From assembly GCA_951406725.2 (NCBI GenBank), contig OX597821.1:42346001-42410000 (forward strand): DNA of 64,000 bases. The letters run 5' to 3'. Both the position numbers and the translations under genes were made by a program. The notes below the pieces were generated by a model. The model did no database searches. It saw only the letters and a list, made by a program, of their open reading frames with translations, and was not told the DNA's origin. This DNA comes from Octopus vulgaris. Taxonomy: Eukaryota. The stretch's first letter is position 1, and each line of letters opens with the position of its first letter. Shown here piece after piece: positions 24,701 to 40,600 of the stretch.

Positions 24701-27700
24701 CCCAACATTTTATCAGGATTGAGAGACCTATATATTGAGAAAGCATTATTACTTAAATAAGTAAAATAAGTAATCAACAATTTTATTTTTCCAACATCTC
24801 TATGCAATTTCTATAGTAAAGAAACAAAAGTCTCAGAGACAAAAAGACAGTGATGAAATCCTATAAAAATTGCCAACACACCTACGATAAAAGACTTCAA
24901 ATTTCAAAGACTTTTTCTCAAAAATTCGCAACATGGCTCTCGATTTCCGGTTGATTTGTAGTCTAACAGATTCATTATATTCTGGGAAAAGAAAAACAAA
25001 ATAAAAAATTAAATTGTTTGAGGAAAAATCTAGGATTGAACAAAGAATGCAATTTTTAAAACTAAATTTAGATATAAATAGATTAGATAGAACCCCAAAA
25101 AGGAATGATTCTGATACAGATTCTCTGTCCCCTTTGAGTCTATGTGTATGTATGTATGTGTGCATGCATGTATATATATGTGTGTGCTTATCTACATCAA
25201 GTTGTATATAAAAATAATTTAACACTAAAAGGAAGGATTAATCAATACTTTTAGTGGAGTACATGTCATTAACTTTTACAGGGAAAAGTTTGACAGAAAC
25301 TTTGAAGTTTCAGGTTGCTCAGTTTCATCAGACTGTCTCACAAAAGTGAGCAAACCAAAGCTTCGAAGTCACCATCAACATTTTTCTTGTAAAGGTGTGT
25401 GTGTGTGTGTGTGTACATGTGTCTGTGTGAGTGTACATGTCACATATGTACAAGCATATATATATATATATATATGCCAATATAAACATAATGAACAGGT
25501 GCAACAGATTATTACCCACAAAACTGAAATTTTCAGCCCAATGCCTTATTTCTCTGGTCTTATCACTCTTACACACACACAAGCACTTTTCAACATTTTC
25601 ATCATTTTTAGTGTCCATTTTTCTATACTTGTCAGATGAAATTTGTTGAGGCAGATTTTCTATGACCAGATGCTCTCCCTGTCTCCAACCCTCACCTGTT
25701 TCTAAGCAAGGTTATATTTTTTCATGCTCTGACTTGTTTTCAAAGAAGAATGGAAATGACACATATTGCTTGTATTAAGATGTATCACGACTTTCACATG
25801 GTGTCAAGACAAAGAGAGACAGAAATACACACACATATATGAACTTTTTTCACTTTCTGTCTACCAAATCCACTCTTAAGGCTTTGGTTGGCTCAGGGCT
25901 ATAGTAGAAAACACATGTCCAAGGCGCCAGACAGTGGAACTAAACCAAAAACCACATGTTTGGGAAATGAACCCTTTAACAACTCAGCCATGCCAGTGTC
26001 TATACGTAAACATGCATAAATATAAAAGACTTACCTGGAGAATCTGTATTTTTGACTGTTTCAATGGTGTGTACTTGAGGATCATCCTTAAAAATAACAA
26101 CATAAATATTATTGTCACTGCATAGGACCCTTACTACAACTTCCTCACTCTATCAACCCATTATACACACTGATGGGACTATGAAAGTACCAGTACCTCC
26201 ACCACCACCACCACCACCACCCCAAATCTAGCTCTTCTCCACCACCTTGTTTTGCATGAATACTTTTACATTCATATTTTATCAGTAAAAGAAAGGAAGG
26301 GTGATTGTCTTTTTTTTTTCATAATAATTCAAAGGTGGAAGTCCAGTGCACATGACATTTATAGATCCATCCTTACTGGTGACACTGATATGGTTGATTC
26401 AGAATGTGAACATCCACAGGTCATTGTCAAGAGACAGAAAAGTAGAAAAGTCTGGTCTGAACACTTGCAACATAGTGAACACTGCTACAGGCTTTCAGGG
26501 ACTGAGTTTGTATTAAACTGGTGATTCTCATTTCCTTCCTAAAGGAAGGAAACTGAGAATTTCATTCAAATGCTTAAAAAGAATGAACTTCACTAAAAGA
26601 AATCCAAAGACCAGGTGGTGGTGTTAACCCTTTAGCCTTCAGATTACTCTTTTAAACGTAATGCTTATTTATTCACATTGCTTTGAATAAATCATGCATT
26701 AGCTCGTACCTTCAAGAAGTTGATGATGTAATTGCTTATTTTTAGACTGACATTGAAGGGTAGGTGTGAAAGTCTAGATCTGGTTAACATCTGGAAGAAA
26801 TGACCAATTTAAACACAAAGGGATTAAACTGAGTGCAAGAGGGTTAAGCAGCCAAGTGGTTGGCATTTTGTATCTTCTCACTGAATACAAAATGCTGTAC
26901 CTGTGGATAAGATGACATACAGAGTGATACCCATGGGTTTCAATTTCAAATTTTAATTTAGAAAAATTAAAAAGAAGCAATAATGTACCAGAGTGGATGT
27001 ATAGACTGTTCTCTCCCCAAGATATGTGTCTTTGTGCTAATATTACAAATCAATACCTAGATTCTGTCTGGTCTGACTGACAGACATTTTACAGAGAGAA
27101 GAAATCTTGAGGTGAAGGTACAACACCTTGAATCATAGTTGATCACAGTTTTGTGGGAAGAGATGTTGAATCTCCTAAAAAAAAGAGAATGAGGAGGAAC
27201 AAGAACCACCAGTATAGAAGAAAAGGAATTTCCTGATATATTACTTACTGCTGGAAATGGAAATTCAAATTTTACATAGGTGTCCAAATCCTTAGGAGAG
27301 TATGCTGAAAGATAAAAGAAAAATTATGAAAAAATGATATGGGTGTATTGTTAAAAAGTTCAATTCACAACTATGTTCTACTAGGTTTTTATTCTACTGT
27401 GTGGCACCTTGGACAAGTGTATTCTACAGATTTGGATTGATTGATATCTTGAGCATTGAACTTGGTAGATGTAAACTGTGTGTGCATAAACTCATGGGTG
27501 TTTCTCGTTAATTCCCAACTACAGTCTTTTCTACTTCACAGACAATCATTCTCTCTCTCTCTCACTTTCACTTTTAGCTCCTCTCTACTTCATTGTCAGT
27601 CTTTCTCTCTTTTAACTCCATTGTTAGCCTCCTTCTTTCGTTCTCTCTCTCTCTCTCTCATTTCATGTCTATCTTACTCTCTCTACTTCATTGCCTGTAT

Positions 27701-28522
27701 CTCTCCCTCTTAGACACTCTCCTTCAGTGCCAATTTATCTTTCTCTTGCTCTCTTCTTCATTATAGGTCTCTATCTCTCCTTCTCTCTAATTCACTGTCA
27801 GTCTCTCTTCCTCTCTCACTACAAGTCTATTTCTCTCCTTTTCTACATCAATCGGTTCATCTTTCTACCCTCTCTCTCTCTCTCTCTATCACTGACAGGT
27901 TCTCTCTCTCTCTCACCCTCACAGTCTATACCTTTCTCTCTGCTTTAATCAATCTATGTTGTTATAAAACATTAAGAGTTACTTACAGCTTGGTGGATTG
28001 TAATTGATTCCTCTAACAACTATCAGCTCAAAATCATTATCACCAAGATCAGTGTTACACCTAAGAGAGCAAAAAACAAAAATTAATATTTCAAATATTT
28101 CTTTTTTAATCACACAGGATGCTTTATATAAGCATAGTACCCATGTTGTGCAATATTTTAAAAATAACATATGAATTTTTGCATTACCCTGTGTAGTTGA
28201 AATTTTAATCTATCAAATTTAAGGATTCACTGCATTAAACACAACTGAAAACACTATGGGATTATTGGGATTAATGTTTTTCATTTCCAGTAATGTTCCT
28301 GCCTAACATGTCAGAATATGTCTCTTCTAATGACACACAGACATCTTATTTTATAAATCTATTGTCTACAGACACAGGCATGACTTTGTGGTAAGAAGTT
28401 TGCTTCCTAACCACATGCTCTGGGTTCAATCCAACTGCATGGCACCTTGGGCAAGTGTTTTCTGCTATAGCCTTGAGGTGACCAAGACCTTGTGAGTGGA
28501 CTTCGTAGGCAGAACCTGTGTG

Positions 28523-28570
<48 letters not shown>

Positions 28571-31500
28571 CACACGTGTGTGTGTGTCTTTGTTCCCCAC
28601 CACCACTTGACAACTGGTGTTGGTGTGTTTACATCCCCATAACATTAACAATTTGGCAAAAGACGCAGGTAGAATAAATACCAGGCTTTACAAAAAATAA
28701 ATACTTAGGATGATTCATTTGACTAAAAATTTTTCAATGTGGTGCCCCAGCATGGCCACAGTCTAATGACTGAAACAAGTGAAAGATAAAAGATATATTA
28801 TATTTTACTTATTTATTGTTAATGCACACTATCACAGTTTCCTAGGATGCCACAGAAGAGAGGAGGGATTTACTCAGTCAAACAAACTGGTGGAGTGAGC
28901 CAAGTTATACACCTCACTCAATACAGGGCACAACATACTGAATACAGCAGCAAGCTTTGAAATTAAGAGGTAATTAAGTCTACAACTATAGTGATTGTAT
29001 ATTGTAAGGAATTTAGTACTGTGCTTTACACTGGAATATGTGTAGTATTAATTATAAATACTTCAGAAACAGCATGAGTATATTAGCATCTTCTTATTGC
29101 TAAGCTGGTGTATAACAGATGATGTGAGACACTGCAGTTTTAGACACACACATTAACAACATAGATACATATACACACAGACAGTCAACAGAGACATACA
29201 CACAAACACTGACAACACATACACACCCATACGTTGTCAAAACAGACATATATTCACAGACATAGAGAGAGAGAATTAAGAACAAACATACTTGACCATG
29301 CTGAAAGTTGTAGTTTCGTAGTGAAACCTTGGGACAGGGTCACCATGGTGTAAAGCATTTTTGAGAGAATCCAAATCTTTGATACAACTTTGTTCTAAAG
29401 TCTGAAACCTAAAGAGAAACAATTCATCATCATTATCATCATAAACAATGCAATAAATGCAAGAGACATCATCCTTAACAGCATCATCATTATCAACATT
29501 TCTAACATATCTAACAAAACAATAAAAATTATACATTGACCAATTCACTATGAAAAATTGTACATGAATGTTTGAATAGGAAAATATAGGCCATGGAAGG
29601 AAGAGAAATAAAAACCAGGCATGAAATACCAATAACTTTATAACAACTCATTTTGAAGGTTATAGCCATGAGATCAACAAATATAGAGACTTCTCTTTTA
29701 TTTTCTTGGGGATGATCTTAAGCTGTGTGGGCTAATTATTAATTTTAATGATTCCTAACATAAGCAGAAAACCAAATATTTTAGAGAGAGCATAAACTGA
29801 TTATACTGAGCCCTGTACTTTGACTGGTTTTTATTTTACCAATCCCAAAAGGTTAAAAGGCGAAGTCAGCCTTGGTAATATTTAAACTTACAATTACTAG
29901 CATGGTTTGTGATTAAGAAGCTTGCTTCCCAACCATGTGATGTACAGTTCAGTCCCAGTGCAACACTTTAGACAAGTGTCTTCTACAACAGCTGAGGGCT
30001 AACCAAAGCCTTGTGATTTATAAGATGGAAACTGAAAGAAGCTTGCTGTGTGTGTGTGTGTGTGTCCTTGTCTTGATATGATGTGCTAGCTGTAAATTAG
30101 TATCACCTTCATACAAGCAATGTAGTTTGTCTCCAGTCTTCTGTGAAAAACATGTTTGAATATGAGAAAACAAAACCTCGCATGGAAGATAAAGGTTGGT
30201 GACAAGAAGGGCATCTAGCTATAGAAAATCTGCCTCACAAATTCCATTTGACCCACGCAAGCAAGGAAAACAACATTAAAGATTGTGTTGAATGATGATG
30301 ATGATTGTAAGGTAATTGGATGTCAATAATCTGTAGATGTTGAACTGAAAACATTTAAGGGAAACAAACGAATAATTTACCTTGATGCTGACAAGACATC
30401 TCCTAGTTTTGTGAAATGTTTGTTGTTCGTAGAACACATCTGAAAATATAACAATTTAACAATAAGCTTTTCATTCTACATTTCCTTTATTTCTTTTATT
30501 CTTAAACAATGGATTGAATGAAATGGGATTTAGAAAATGTTCACAAATTATTGAAATAAAACTTTAAGACCTGGTTAAGGTTGGCTGGCTCACATTGAGA
30601 TCAACAAGATATCATTTTTTTCTCAATCATTTTTACTTGTTTCAGTCATTCGACTGCAACCATGCTGGAGCACCATCTTGAAGAATTTTAGTTGTCAAGT
30701 GGCAGTGTGGGAGACAAACACAAAGATACACACACACACATTCTCACGGGAGTGCCACATTAAAAGCATTCAGCATACACTGTAAAGTGATAGACATTAG
30801 GAAGGGCATCCTGCCAAAGAAACTAAGCCAAATCAGACTGGAACCTGGTGCAACTCTCTGGCTTGCCAGCTCTGGTGAAACTGTCCAACCCATGCCAACA
30901 TAGAAAATGGATGTTGAAGGATGATGATGATGATGATGATAACATATATGATGGGCTTCTTTCAGTTTCCATCTATCAAATCTACTCATAAGTTTTTGGT
31001 CAACCTAAGGCTATAGTAGAAGATACTTGCCCAAGGTGTGGTTGAGAAGCAAACTTCTTACCACATAGCAACTCCTATGTTGAGTCTTTTTTGTATAAGA
31101 ACTATAAAACTCTTTATGCAGTCACACTACAGCAGCTCTTTTGGTACATGATCTCTGTTGAAATACACTGCTTTTCTTTTTAATCAATTTTGAAAATGAT
31201 ATAGATTTTAGTAAAATGAATATCGTTCTGAGTTCAGTCTCACTGCATGGCACTTTGGGCAAGTTCCTCTAATATAATTCCAGACCAACCAAAAGCCTTG
31301 TAAATGGATTTAGTAGATGGAATCAAAAAGAAGCCTATCGTTCATACATGCACACAGTATGTGTGTGTCTCCTTGTCTTGACATCACATGAGAGTTGCAA
31401 AATGATTGTCATTCATTTCCAATGTTATGTGAAAACCAATCCGACAATGATGAAATATCAACTTGCTCAGAAACAAGTAAGGGTTGGTGAGAGGAAGGGC

Positions 31501-34500
31501 ATCTAGTCATGGAAAAACTGTCTCGATAAACTCCATCCAACCCATGCAAGCATGGAAAAGTGGATGTTAAAATGATGATGATGAAGTTTGTTATTATTAA
31601 GCTGTTGTTTGGAATGTAAAATTAGCATAAAATTTTGAAGGAAGATTTTGATTTAGATCATTTTAAAACAGAAAGTTTGTATCAGCAAACCAGGGGTGGT
31701 CATGGGCAGTTTGGAACCAAAAGGGTTAAAGGACAGCAGTATATTAAATGATGTTACTGTGGAGAAGATAGGCACAAGAAAATCTACAAAAGGCCTCTAC
31801 TTTATAAAGAATCAGCAAATGTTCTGACTTGGAGGTAGGAGCATATATTTTCTTAAATGTCGTCCTGAAACTACTTCAGGAATTAAAAAAAAAAAAAAAT
31901 CTGGGAAATGGGAAAAGAAAAAAACTCACTTGAATTTGAGAAACAAGACTATCTCTTAATTTCTTAAAAACTTCCTCACGATCTCCAGACAAAGTACAAT
32001 CTTCAGGATTTACAAACACAAATTTTTGCTCCCTGTCTTCATCTGAAATTAATGGAGGTGGTACCTACAAGAAAATATACAATATATTTACACACATAAA
32101 TTTGAATATCAACAATAATAATCATGACTACAAGAACAATAATTGTTTCTAATTTAGGCACAAGGCCAAACCTTTTGAAGGAAAAGGGTTAGTAGATGCC
32201 ACCAACCCCAAAACTTGACAGGTGATTTTATTTTATCAATATCAGAAGGATAAAAGACAAAGTCAACTTTGATATGATTTGAACTCAGAATGTAAAGGAC
32301 TGAAAGAGATACTGCAAGGTAGTTTCCCAAGACTCTAATGAGAAACAACAGAGAACAGAAAAAAAAAAGTTACACCATTTAATTATGTCTCTGCAGTCAA
32401 CCTAATCTTTCATCATCGCAGGCTTAATAAAATATGTAGTAGACAAGTACATGGGTACTTTGAATTAATTACACTCTCCCTTGCCTTACATTAGAAACTA
32501 ATATTTTTTAACCCTTATATTTGAGATGTCCAATTGTAAGATGGGAACACTTACCTTTGAAAGGTCAACTGGTAACCCTCCTTCAGCAGCTTCGATCATT
32601 GGCTCAAATCCCTAAAGAAAAATTGAAAATTTAATTAATCTTCTTGTGCCTGTATTTATGATGAAACACATTTCATGTTTTAATTAATCTATATAATAAA
32701 GCTCAACATCTGAGTGTCTCTACATCTACAGGACAAAAGGGAATAGAAGATACATAAAAACAAAGTATATATTCTCATGTAAAATTTTACAAAAAAGATG
32801 ATGAGCTACACAAAATTTACTTTCCATTGCAATTAGGGAGGTTGAAGGGGGGCAAACACCCACTCTGAAATTTCAAATACCTCCAATTTCAATGGAAATA
32901 ACAACATAATTACTAGGTACTAAATAAAGACGATTTCCAAAATTTTACCATCTTACAATATTATTTAAACCCCCCCCCCCGCTAATAGGGTTTATAACAT
33001 GGGACAGAGCCCTTTTGAAAGTGCAAATACATCCACTTTTCATGGAAGATACATAAAATTTAAGTATGTGTTCTTTTCACACAGCTATTCACATCCATTC
33101 TTGCCACATGACCATACCAGCACAATCGTCTCTCTTGCACTACACATCTGATTATTCTTGGGTCCAACCTTTCTGTCAAGGCACTAACACTCTGTTGAGT
33201 ATGCACACTGATATTACACATCCATCGGAGCATGCTGGCTTCATTCCTTGCGAGCTTACACATGTCCTCAGCAGTCATGGCCCATGTTTCACTGCCATGT
33301 AGCATGGCTGTTCATACACGTGTCGTACAGTCTACCTTTTACTCTGAGCAAGAGGCCCTTTGTCACCAGCAGAGGTAAGAGCTCTCTGAACTTAGCCCAG
33401 GCTATTCTTATTCTAGCAGCTACACTTTCAGTGCACCCTCCCCTGCTACTGACTTGGTCACCTAGGTAACGGAAGCTCTCAACTACTTCTTGGAATAAGT
33501 ATACTACAAAACTTCAACAATGCATATATATAGATATATAGATGTATATATATATATGCATATATTGGGTTGGCAACTTAGTTCCCGCTGTTTTTTTTTA
33601 ATTTTGGAATTTATTGCGTTTTTAAATTCTGGAATCTATTTTTTCGAGAATTCTATTTTTGAATCATTTTGAAATCTATTTTGTTTCTTTTCTAGTTAAT
33701 TTTTGTTTATTTTCAGATCATTAAAATGGAATGTCAAGTTAAGAAAAACGAGCATTTTCGACACCTCCTTCTTTTTGCTTTTAATCAAGGTTCTAAGGCC
33801 ACAGAAGCTGCTCACGACATTTGTGCTGTGTATGGAGGGGGTGCCATAGCTGTAAGAACCACTCCTAATTGGTGTGCCAAGTTAAAAATGGAAATTTTGA
33901 CCTCCAACACACACCTCGTCCTGGCTGTCCAGTTGAGTTCGATGAAGAGAGATTAAACCAACTTTTGCACGAAAATTCTCATCAAATAACAAGAGAACAG
34001 GCAGAGAAAATGGAATGCTCCCACACTGCTATAGAGAAGCATCTTCACTCGATGGGAAAGGTTCAGAAGTATGGAGCATGGGTTCCGCATGCTTTAAATG
34101 ACAACAACAAAAATCAACGAGCCACAATCTCCACTGGTTTCCTTGCTCATCACCACTCAACTCATGGACACAAGCAACGATTTCTTTACCGAATCGTTAC
34201 TGGCGACGAAAAATGGTGCCTGTACATCAGTATGAAGCAGCGTAAGGAATAGCTACTAACCACTAAGCCATGCACCTCCACTATATGATTACAAAGTAAA
34301 CTTCATAACCACACCTACTTCTGTAAACAGTATTTACCTTCACTTGACGGAGATAAGCTTTAGCAAGTTCCATATTTTGATTCTTTCGAGCTTGAATTGC
34401 TGCCTGGCGGTACTCAGCCATGCGTTCCTTCAAAAAGGCAATATGTTGTTCTTGTCTAGAAGAAATACTTCTTCGAGCAACTGAAATTAGAAGAGATTTT

Positions 34501-37500
34501 TTTTAAAGCTAGAGACTGACTAAACGATCAACTTTAGGATTATTTGTAACTATGGTGTCTTCTTTTCTGTATATTATTTTACCAGTACCTTCATCTATGT
34601 TTAAGATGATAGGAGGAAGTTTAAAGGAGATTTAACTGCTATTCTTATTGAGTAACTACACACAGGTTCCGTCACATGGTCATATCTGGATTTTTTATTT
34701 CATGGAAGAACACAAATATTATTCTCCATTACAGTTTACATTATTGTTGAAAGCAGCAGGAATCAGAACCTCTGAGGTAGTCACCTACAATCCCTTTGCT
34801 ATCCTTTCAGGGGATAAGACTCCAGAAACAGAAGTAAAACAGAGTTTACATACTTTATACTCAAGATTTAGATCTTTAGTAAAAGTAGACTTAATCCATG
34901 TGGACAGTTACTGGATTTCCAACTAATAGATTGTGAGTTCAAATATACTTCATTGATTGGTCTATAATGAATAGCTGTTCTAAGTTTAGGTGTTGAGAAG
35001 CAAAAACCAGAACCTCTGGGAAAAATTTTCTACAGTAGGCTAGTGTTTTATTCGTGGAGACGCAATAGCCCAGTGGTTAGGGCAGCGGACTCGCGGTCGT
35101 AGGATCGCGGTTTCGATTCCCAGACCGGGCGTTGTGAGTGTTTATTGAGCGAAAACACCTAAAGCTCCACGAGGCTCCGGCAAGGGATGGTGGTGATCCC
35201 TGCTGTACTCTTTCACCACAACTTTCTCTCACTCTTTCTTCCTGTTTCTGTTGTACCTGTATTTCAAAGGGCCGGCCTTGTCACTCTCTGTGTCACGCTG
35301 AATATCCCCGAGAACTACGTTGAGGGTACACGTGTCTGTGGAGTGCTCAGCCACTTACACGTTAATTTCACGAGCAGGCTGTTCCATTGGTTGGATCAAC
35401 CGGAACCCTCATCGTCGTAACCGATGGAGTGCTTCCATCCAGTGTTTTATTCAAGGAAAGATGAAAAGCCAGAGAAGCTAAACACTGTTCATGGAAAATT
35501 TTCAGATTATTGCAGATATTTACATTTTATTGAAATAAAGATTTCATACTTACAAGCTCGTTTGCGAATTTCTTGTTCAGAAAGCTCTTGTTGGGATGCT
35601 GGCTGTTGTTTTGCCACTGGAGGATGGGCTGGTGGTTTCATAGGAGCCTGCTTCATATTCGATGAGGTGACAGACGAACTACTAGTTGATGACGATGGTG
35701 GTTTTGAATCATTCACAGGAATTGGTGGAAAGCCTATGGGAAAAGAAAATTTACATTAAAAAAAAGGAAAACAACATATTCTATCATCATCATTTTAATG
35801 TCTACTTTTCCAATGCTTGCATGTGTCAGATGGAGTTTTTTAAAGGAGATTATCTACAACCAGATGCTCTTCCTGTTGCCAACCCTGCCATATTCAGAAG
35901 CAAGATATTTCCCCATGGCTAAACATGTTTATGCTGAACATTGAAAATTAATGACACTGCTTGTATGACGGTGACACAACTATCAAGCAATTTGAAGACA
36001 AGGAGACACAAACGTACACACACACACACATTTTCACAGATACATACACATATATGACAGGCTTCTTTCAGTTTGTCTACTAAATCCACTCACAAGGCTT
36101 TGGTTGGCCTAGCACTATAGTAGAGGACACTTACCCGAGCTGTCATGCAATGGGAGTGAACCCAAAACCATGTGGTTGGGAAGCAAACTTCTTAACCACA
36201 CAGCCACATCTGCACCTTTCTAATTTATTATAAATTTCATCATTGTCATCATCATTATTGTAAACAACATTAATGTGCATTTGTATATTTTTCCATGCTG
36301 ACATGATTCGGGTGAACCTGTATCAAAATCTGTATTATCAAACATTCCAGACCTTCATCATATTTTGTAAGGTCCAAGATCTTGGGATATGACCTCAGTA
36401 TTTCTTAACATGACTACCTTTTCTACTGGTACTTCCACCAACAGCACATAATGTATTTTTCACATCCAGACTCACATATATATGACCAATACAAACCCCT
36501 TCATCCTAATCTCCTGCATTTATCAAACTGAGGTCTTTGCTGTCCAGCCACACTCACAGCTCACTTAGACTTCATCTTTAATGCAACATATCATTAGACA
36601 GCCAACAGATCAAACTAATATCATTTCTATTTGGCCTCCACATAGCTGTGTCAGTTGCCAAGATACAGGTTTAGGGTAGAGGGTTAGCAGAAATGATAGC
36701 ACAACAGACTTACAGTATTTAGCTCTGTCACTCTAAAGAGGGATAAAGCTCAAGTCCTATTGAAGTTGACTTCACCGTGTATAGAAACAGGGTCAATCAA
36801 ACAACAAACATCCCATCTTATACACCTTTTAATGATTAGTGGCAGGAAAGAGTATTTGTTATTCCATCAATTAATCTGATGCTGAAAACATCAGGAAGGC
36901 ATAATAATGCAAAACTAATTTACCCTAGTTTACAGTTTGTAAGGTGAAATACTTAATGAATATGAAGTAAAAGATTTAAGTTTCTTTCTTCTAAATTACC
37001 AGTTTTGAAATTTCAAGTTGATGAAAACTGAAAAGTGCCCATAAATACTTCATCAAGCTATATTTAACCCTTTTGATACCAACCCACCTGAGACTGCCCT
37101 TGGTTCAATGATACAACCTTGCTTTTTTAAAGATTTCTAAATTAAAGCCATCTACCAAAATTTCATGATAATTTGTGTGTCACACACTAGCTTAATAATG
37201 AAACAGTTATTTTTTTCTAAATTCTTCGTTATTTTCAAAATTAATTGAAACAAAGGCAGTGTATTTCTATAGAAATATGGAAACAAAATGGTTAAAAGGA
37301 GGAATTATTCCAAAACAAATTTTCCTAAGCAAAAAGTTTCAACCAAAAAAATCAAAATTTTATAAACTAACACATTACTGTCAATAGATGTGTATATATA
37401 ATATAATTTGTTGAGTACATGATATATAACAAGTTTTAAATAAACTGCATTTATCTTATTACATATACATATTTTGTGTCAACATATTTTAGTTTCAGAT

Positions 37501-37579
37501 CTAACATAGTATTAAACTCTGTTATTACGTGGTATATAAGTTTTATGTAAACTACATTTATCTAATTATATACATAAAT

Positions 37580-37623
<44 letters not shown>

Positions 37624-37624
37624 T

Positions 37625-37671
<47 letters not shown>

Positions 37672-40600
37672 TGTGTCAACATTTTAGATCTAACTTAGTA
37701 AATATCTGTTGATATATAACAAGTTTAAATACACCACATTAATGTAATAATACATAGACATCTAATTAGTCCTGAATAGAAACTGTAATATCTTAATAGA
37801 TTTTTAATGTGCATGTTTATAATTTTGATATTGTCTATTGTTATGTCATGCATTCAACAGAGTACCACATGGTTCAACACATGGGTTAAACAGGTTTCAC
37901 ATCTAATATAGTATATACTCTGTTGATAAAGCAAGTTTGATATATACTACATTTATCTAATTATACATACATACCTTGTGCCAACACATATTTTAGATTT
38001 AACATACTAAACTCTGCTCTGCTCAATGCATTGTATGACAAATTTTATATAGAGTACATTTATCTAAATATACATATACACCTTGAGTCAAAACATGTGG
38101 TTCTGTGTTGAATGCATGACATACACATTAAAAATCTATTAAGATATTACAGGACCTTCCATAGTTACAGGTCATTTATGTATTAAGGAATCTCATTCTT
38201 AATCATAAAAAAAACATTTTTAATTATGAAAAATTATTAATTGAAAAAAAATTAAGATGAAATTGGAAATTTTAATTAAGAATTTCTGATAAAGTGAAAC
38301 AAGAAGTACCTGGAGGTGTTGGTAACTCCTCAAAATTCACAGTTTTCCCGGCTTTATACATTTTGATAGCATTTTCATATTCCTGTAATTAAGAGAAGTA
38401 AAGTAACATGAATTAAACATACATGCCAAACAATACATTAACAATACATATAACAGGTATACAATATAAAACAATACCTTTGCAATACGCCCCATTCGCC
38501 GAGCTTTACCACCATTGCCACTTTTTTTTGCTTCTTCTTCAACTGTTCTATATTTATTCATTCTCTGTTGAAGAGCATCCTCCACTGAAGACGGAGCATC
38601 TGGAGTCTTGTACAACTTCTTTAAAGCTGAAATAACACGAAATCATTTTAAGTAATTTGTTGTATTGCTAAATCATGGCAAAATTAAAAACTTAATAAAA
38701 AAAATATTAATTTCTATATTTTAATGAAAAGCTTCTGTTTTATAAATTAGAAATTTAAAACTAAACTAAGGAAAAAGAAAAGAGGTGGATAAATAAAATT
38801 AAATCCCAACTCCACATTTCTGGATTGTTCCTAAATAGAATTGTTAATACTATTTAAAATGCAGAAGGATGAGAGAAATGGCACAGCACCAAGCTATCTG
38901 CATTGCGGTATTTTGATGCATTGCTCTGTGATCATCCTCATCATTTGGTGTCCATGTTCCGTGCTGGCATAGGTTAAACAGTTCAACAGGAACCAATAGC
39001 TCCAAAGTGTGCATCATGCTCTAATGTCTGCTTGGGCATGGTTCCTATGGCTGGATACTTTTTCAGACACCAAACACCTTAATGTGTATTGGGTGCTTTT
39101 TTATAGAACCAGCACTAGTGAGATCACCATGCAGTCTGCAAGACTAAAATTCCTTTCAAATCTTCCTTCTTTGTCTCACATATACTTCACTTTTGTCTTC
39201 CTCATTTTCTGCAGACTACTCATCCTAAGGTCCCACAACATTAATCAACTATCCTGGGATATAATAATTATAACAATAACAGTAATGAATATCAAACAGA
39301 TTTTTACCACTTGGTGAAAGATTTGGAATTTCTTCCTTTGTTGAAGATGAATCAACTTCTTTGACAGAACTACCTTGACTGACATGGCCAGATTGGGAGC
39401 TGATGTTATTATTAGTGGGAGTTTGGAATTGTGTCGAACCTGAAAACAAGATGAAAACACAAAATATCTCATTTTAAGAAACAACAAGACTGAAGTAAGA
39501 TTTCATCGCATATACATGGTGGTGTGAGAAAGAGAGAAAACAGTGGGAGGGGGGGAGGTATTGATTTATTTACTCACAGTTGAACTTCAACATGATGCTA
39601 TTACAAGATTCTCACTGGGAAGGTCATAAATTTCTTATCTACACATGCACATGGGTGGGCAGGCAAGCAGAGAGAGAGAGAGAGAGAGAGATGTACATAC
39701 AACACAAAAACACACATGCATGCATACAATTGCTGCATTAAGTCACACTGTCAGGGAGAGCTACAATGTCAATTCAAAAAGCCTTTGAGTGCTGCGTTGT
39801 ATTAGTCAGACAACATCTACTGAACAGTAAAGGGTAGAACAAGAACACCATGTGTACTCAACACTGAAAATAATATCATGATGAGATTAAGTGAAAAACT
39901 CATGTACAGATATTGTGAGTGTCCAGAAATAGGCAGCTGGACTAACTAACTTAAATACAAACTTGGAAAAACATTCAGCAGATCAGCAGAAATTTATGCT
40001 AACTAGCAAGCTAGAGGATACCAACAATATTGAGAAGAGTAGCAGCCTGCCTTGGTCATGTGACAGATATATCACATCTCACCTCGAAAAGTATGCCTTC
40101 AATTAATAAGAGAGGTAAGGATGTCTCTAAATGGTATGATAGAATGTGACATACCAGTGTGTCACCCACATCATCATCAGCTATCCAAAAATATCTGCAT
40201 AGGTGCTACCTTTCTATGAGACATGATATTGTTGTCGAAACTATTTACAAAGCTTTTCATAGTCCTACAAAAAGCACCGGAATGTATTCACAGCCTTAAC
40301 AATAAGGAATACCAGTGGTACATTCTTATAACAATATAATCTGGTACAAACACAACAGATCTGATAGCATTCTCTGGAACAGGAAACAAAAATGAAGAAA
40401 ACACGAAGAAAACAAACACACATATATATTTGTGAGTCACAAACTTACATGCAAGTTGTGCTCTCATGTTTAGAGGACAGTACAACCTTGTGTTGCCTGA
40501 TTTACAACTAGATCCCTGTGCCTCAGCATGAAATTTAAAATTGGCATCATTGTGGATCCATATAGTACATAACATACTTATAATTACAAGTGACTGTACC

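Noticed and set aside
35056-35130. tRNA-like sequence with A and B boxes (also 56790-56866, 60231-60305)
   Set aside because: No proper acceptor stem or terminator; continues into a SINE body bounded by TSDs
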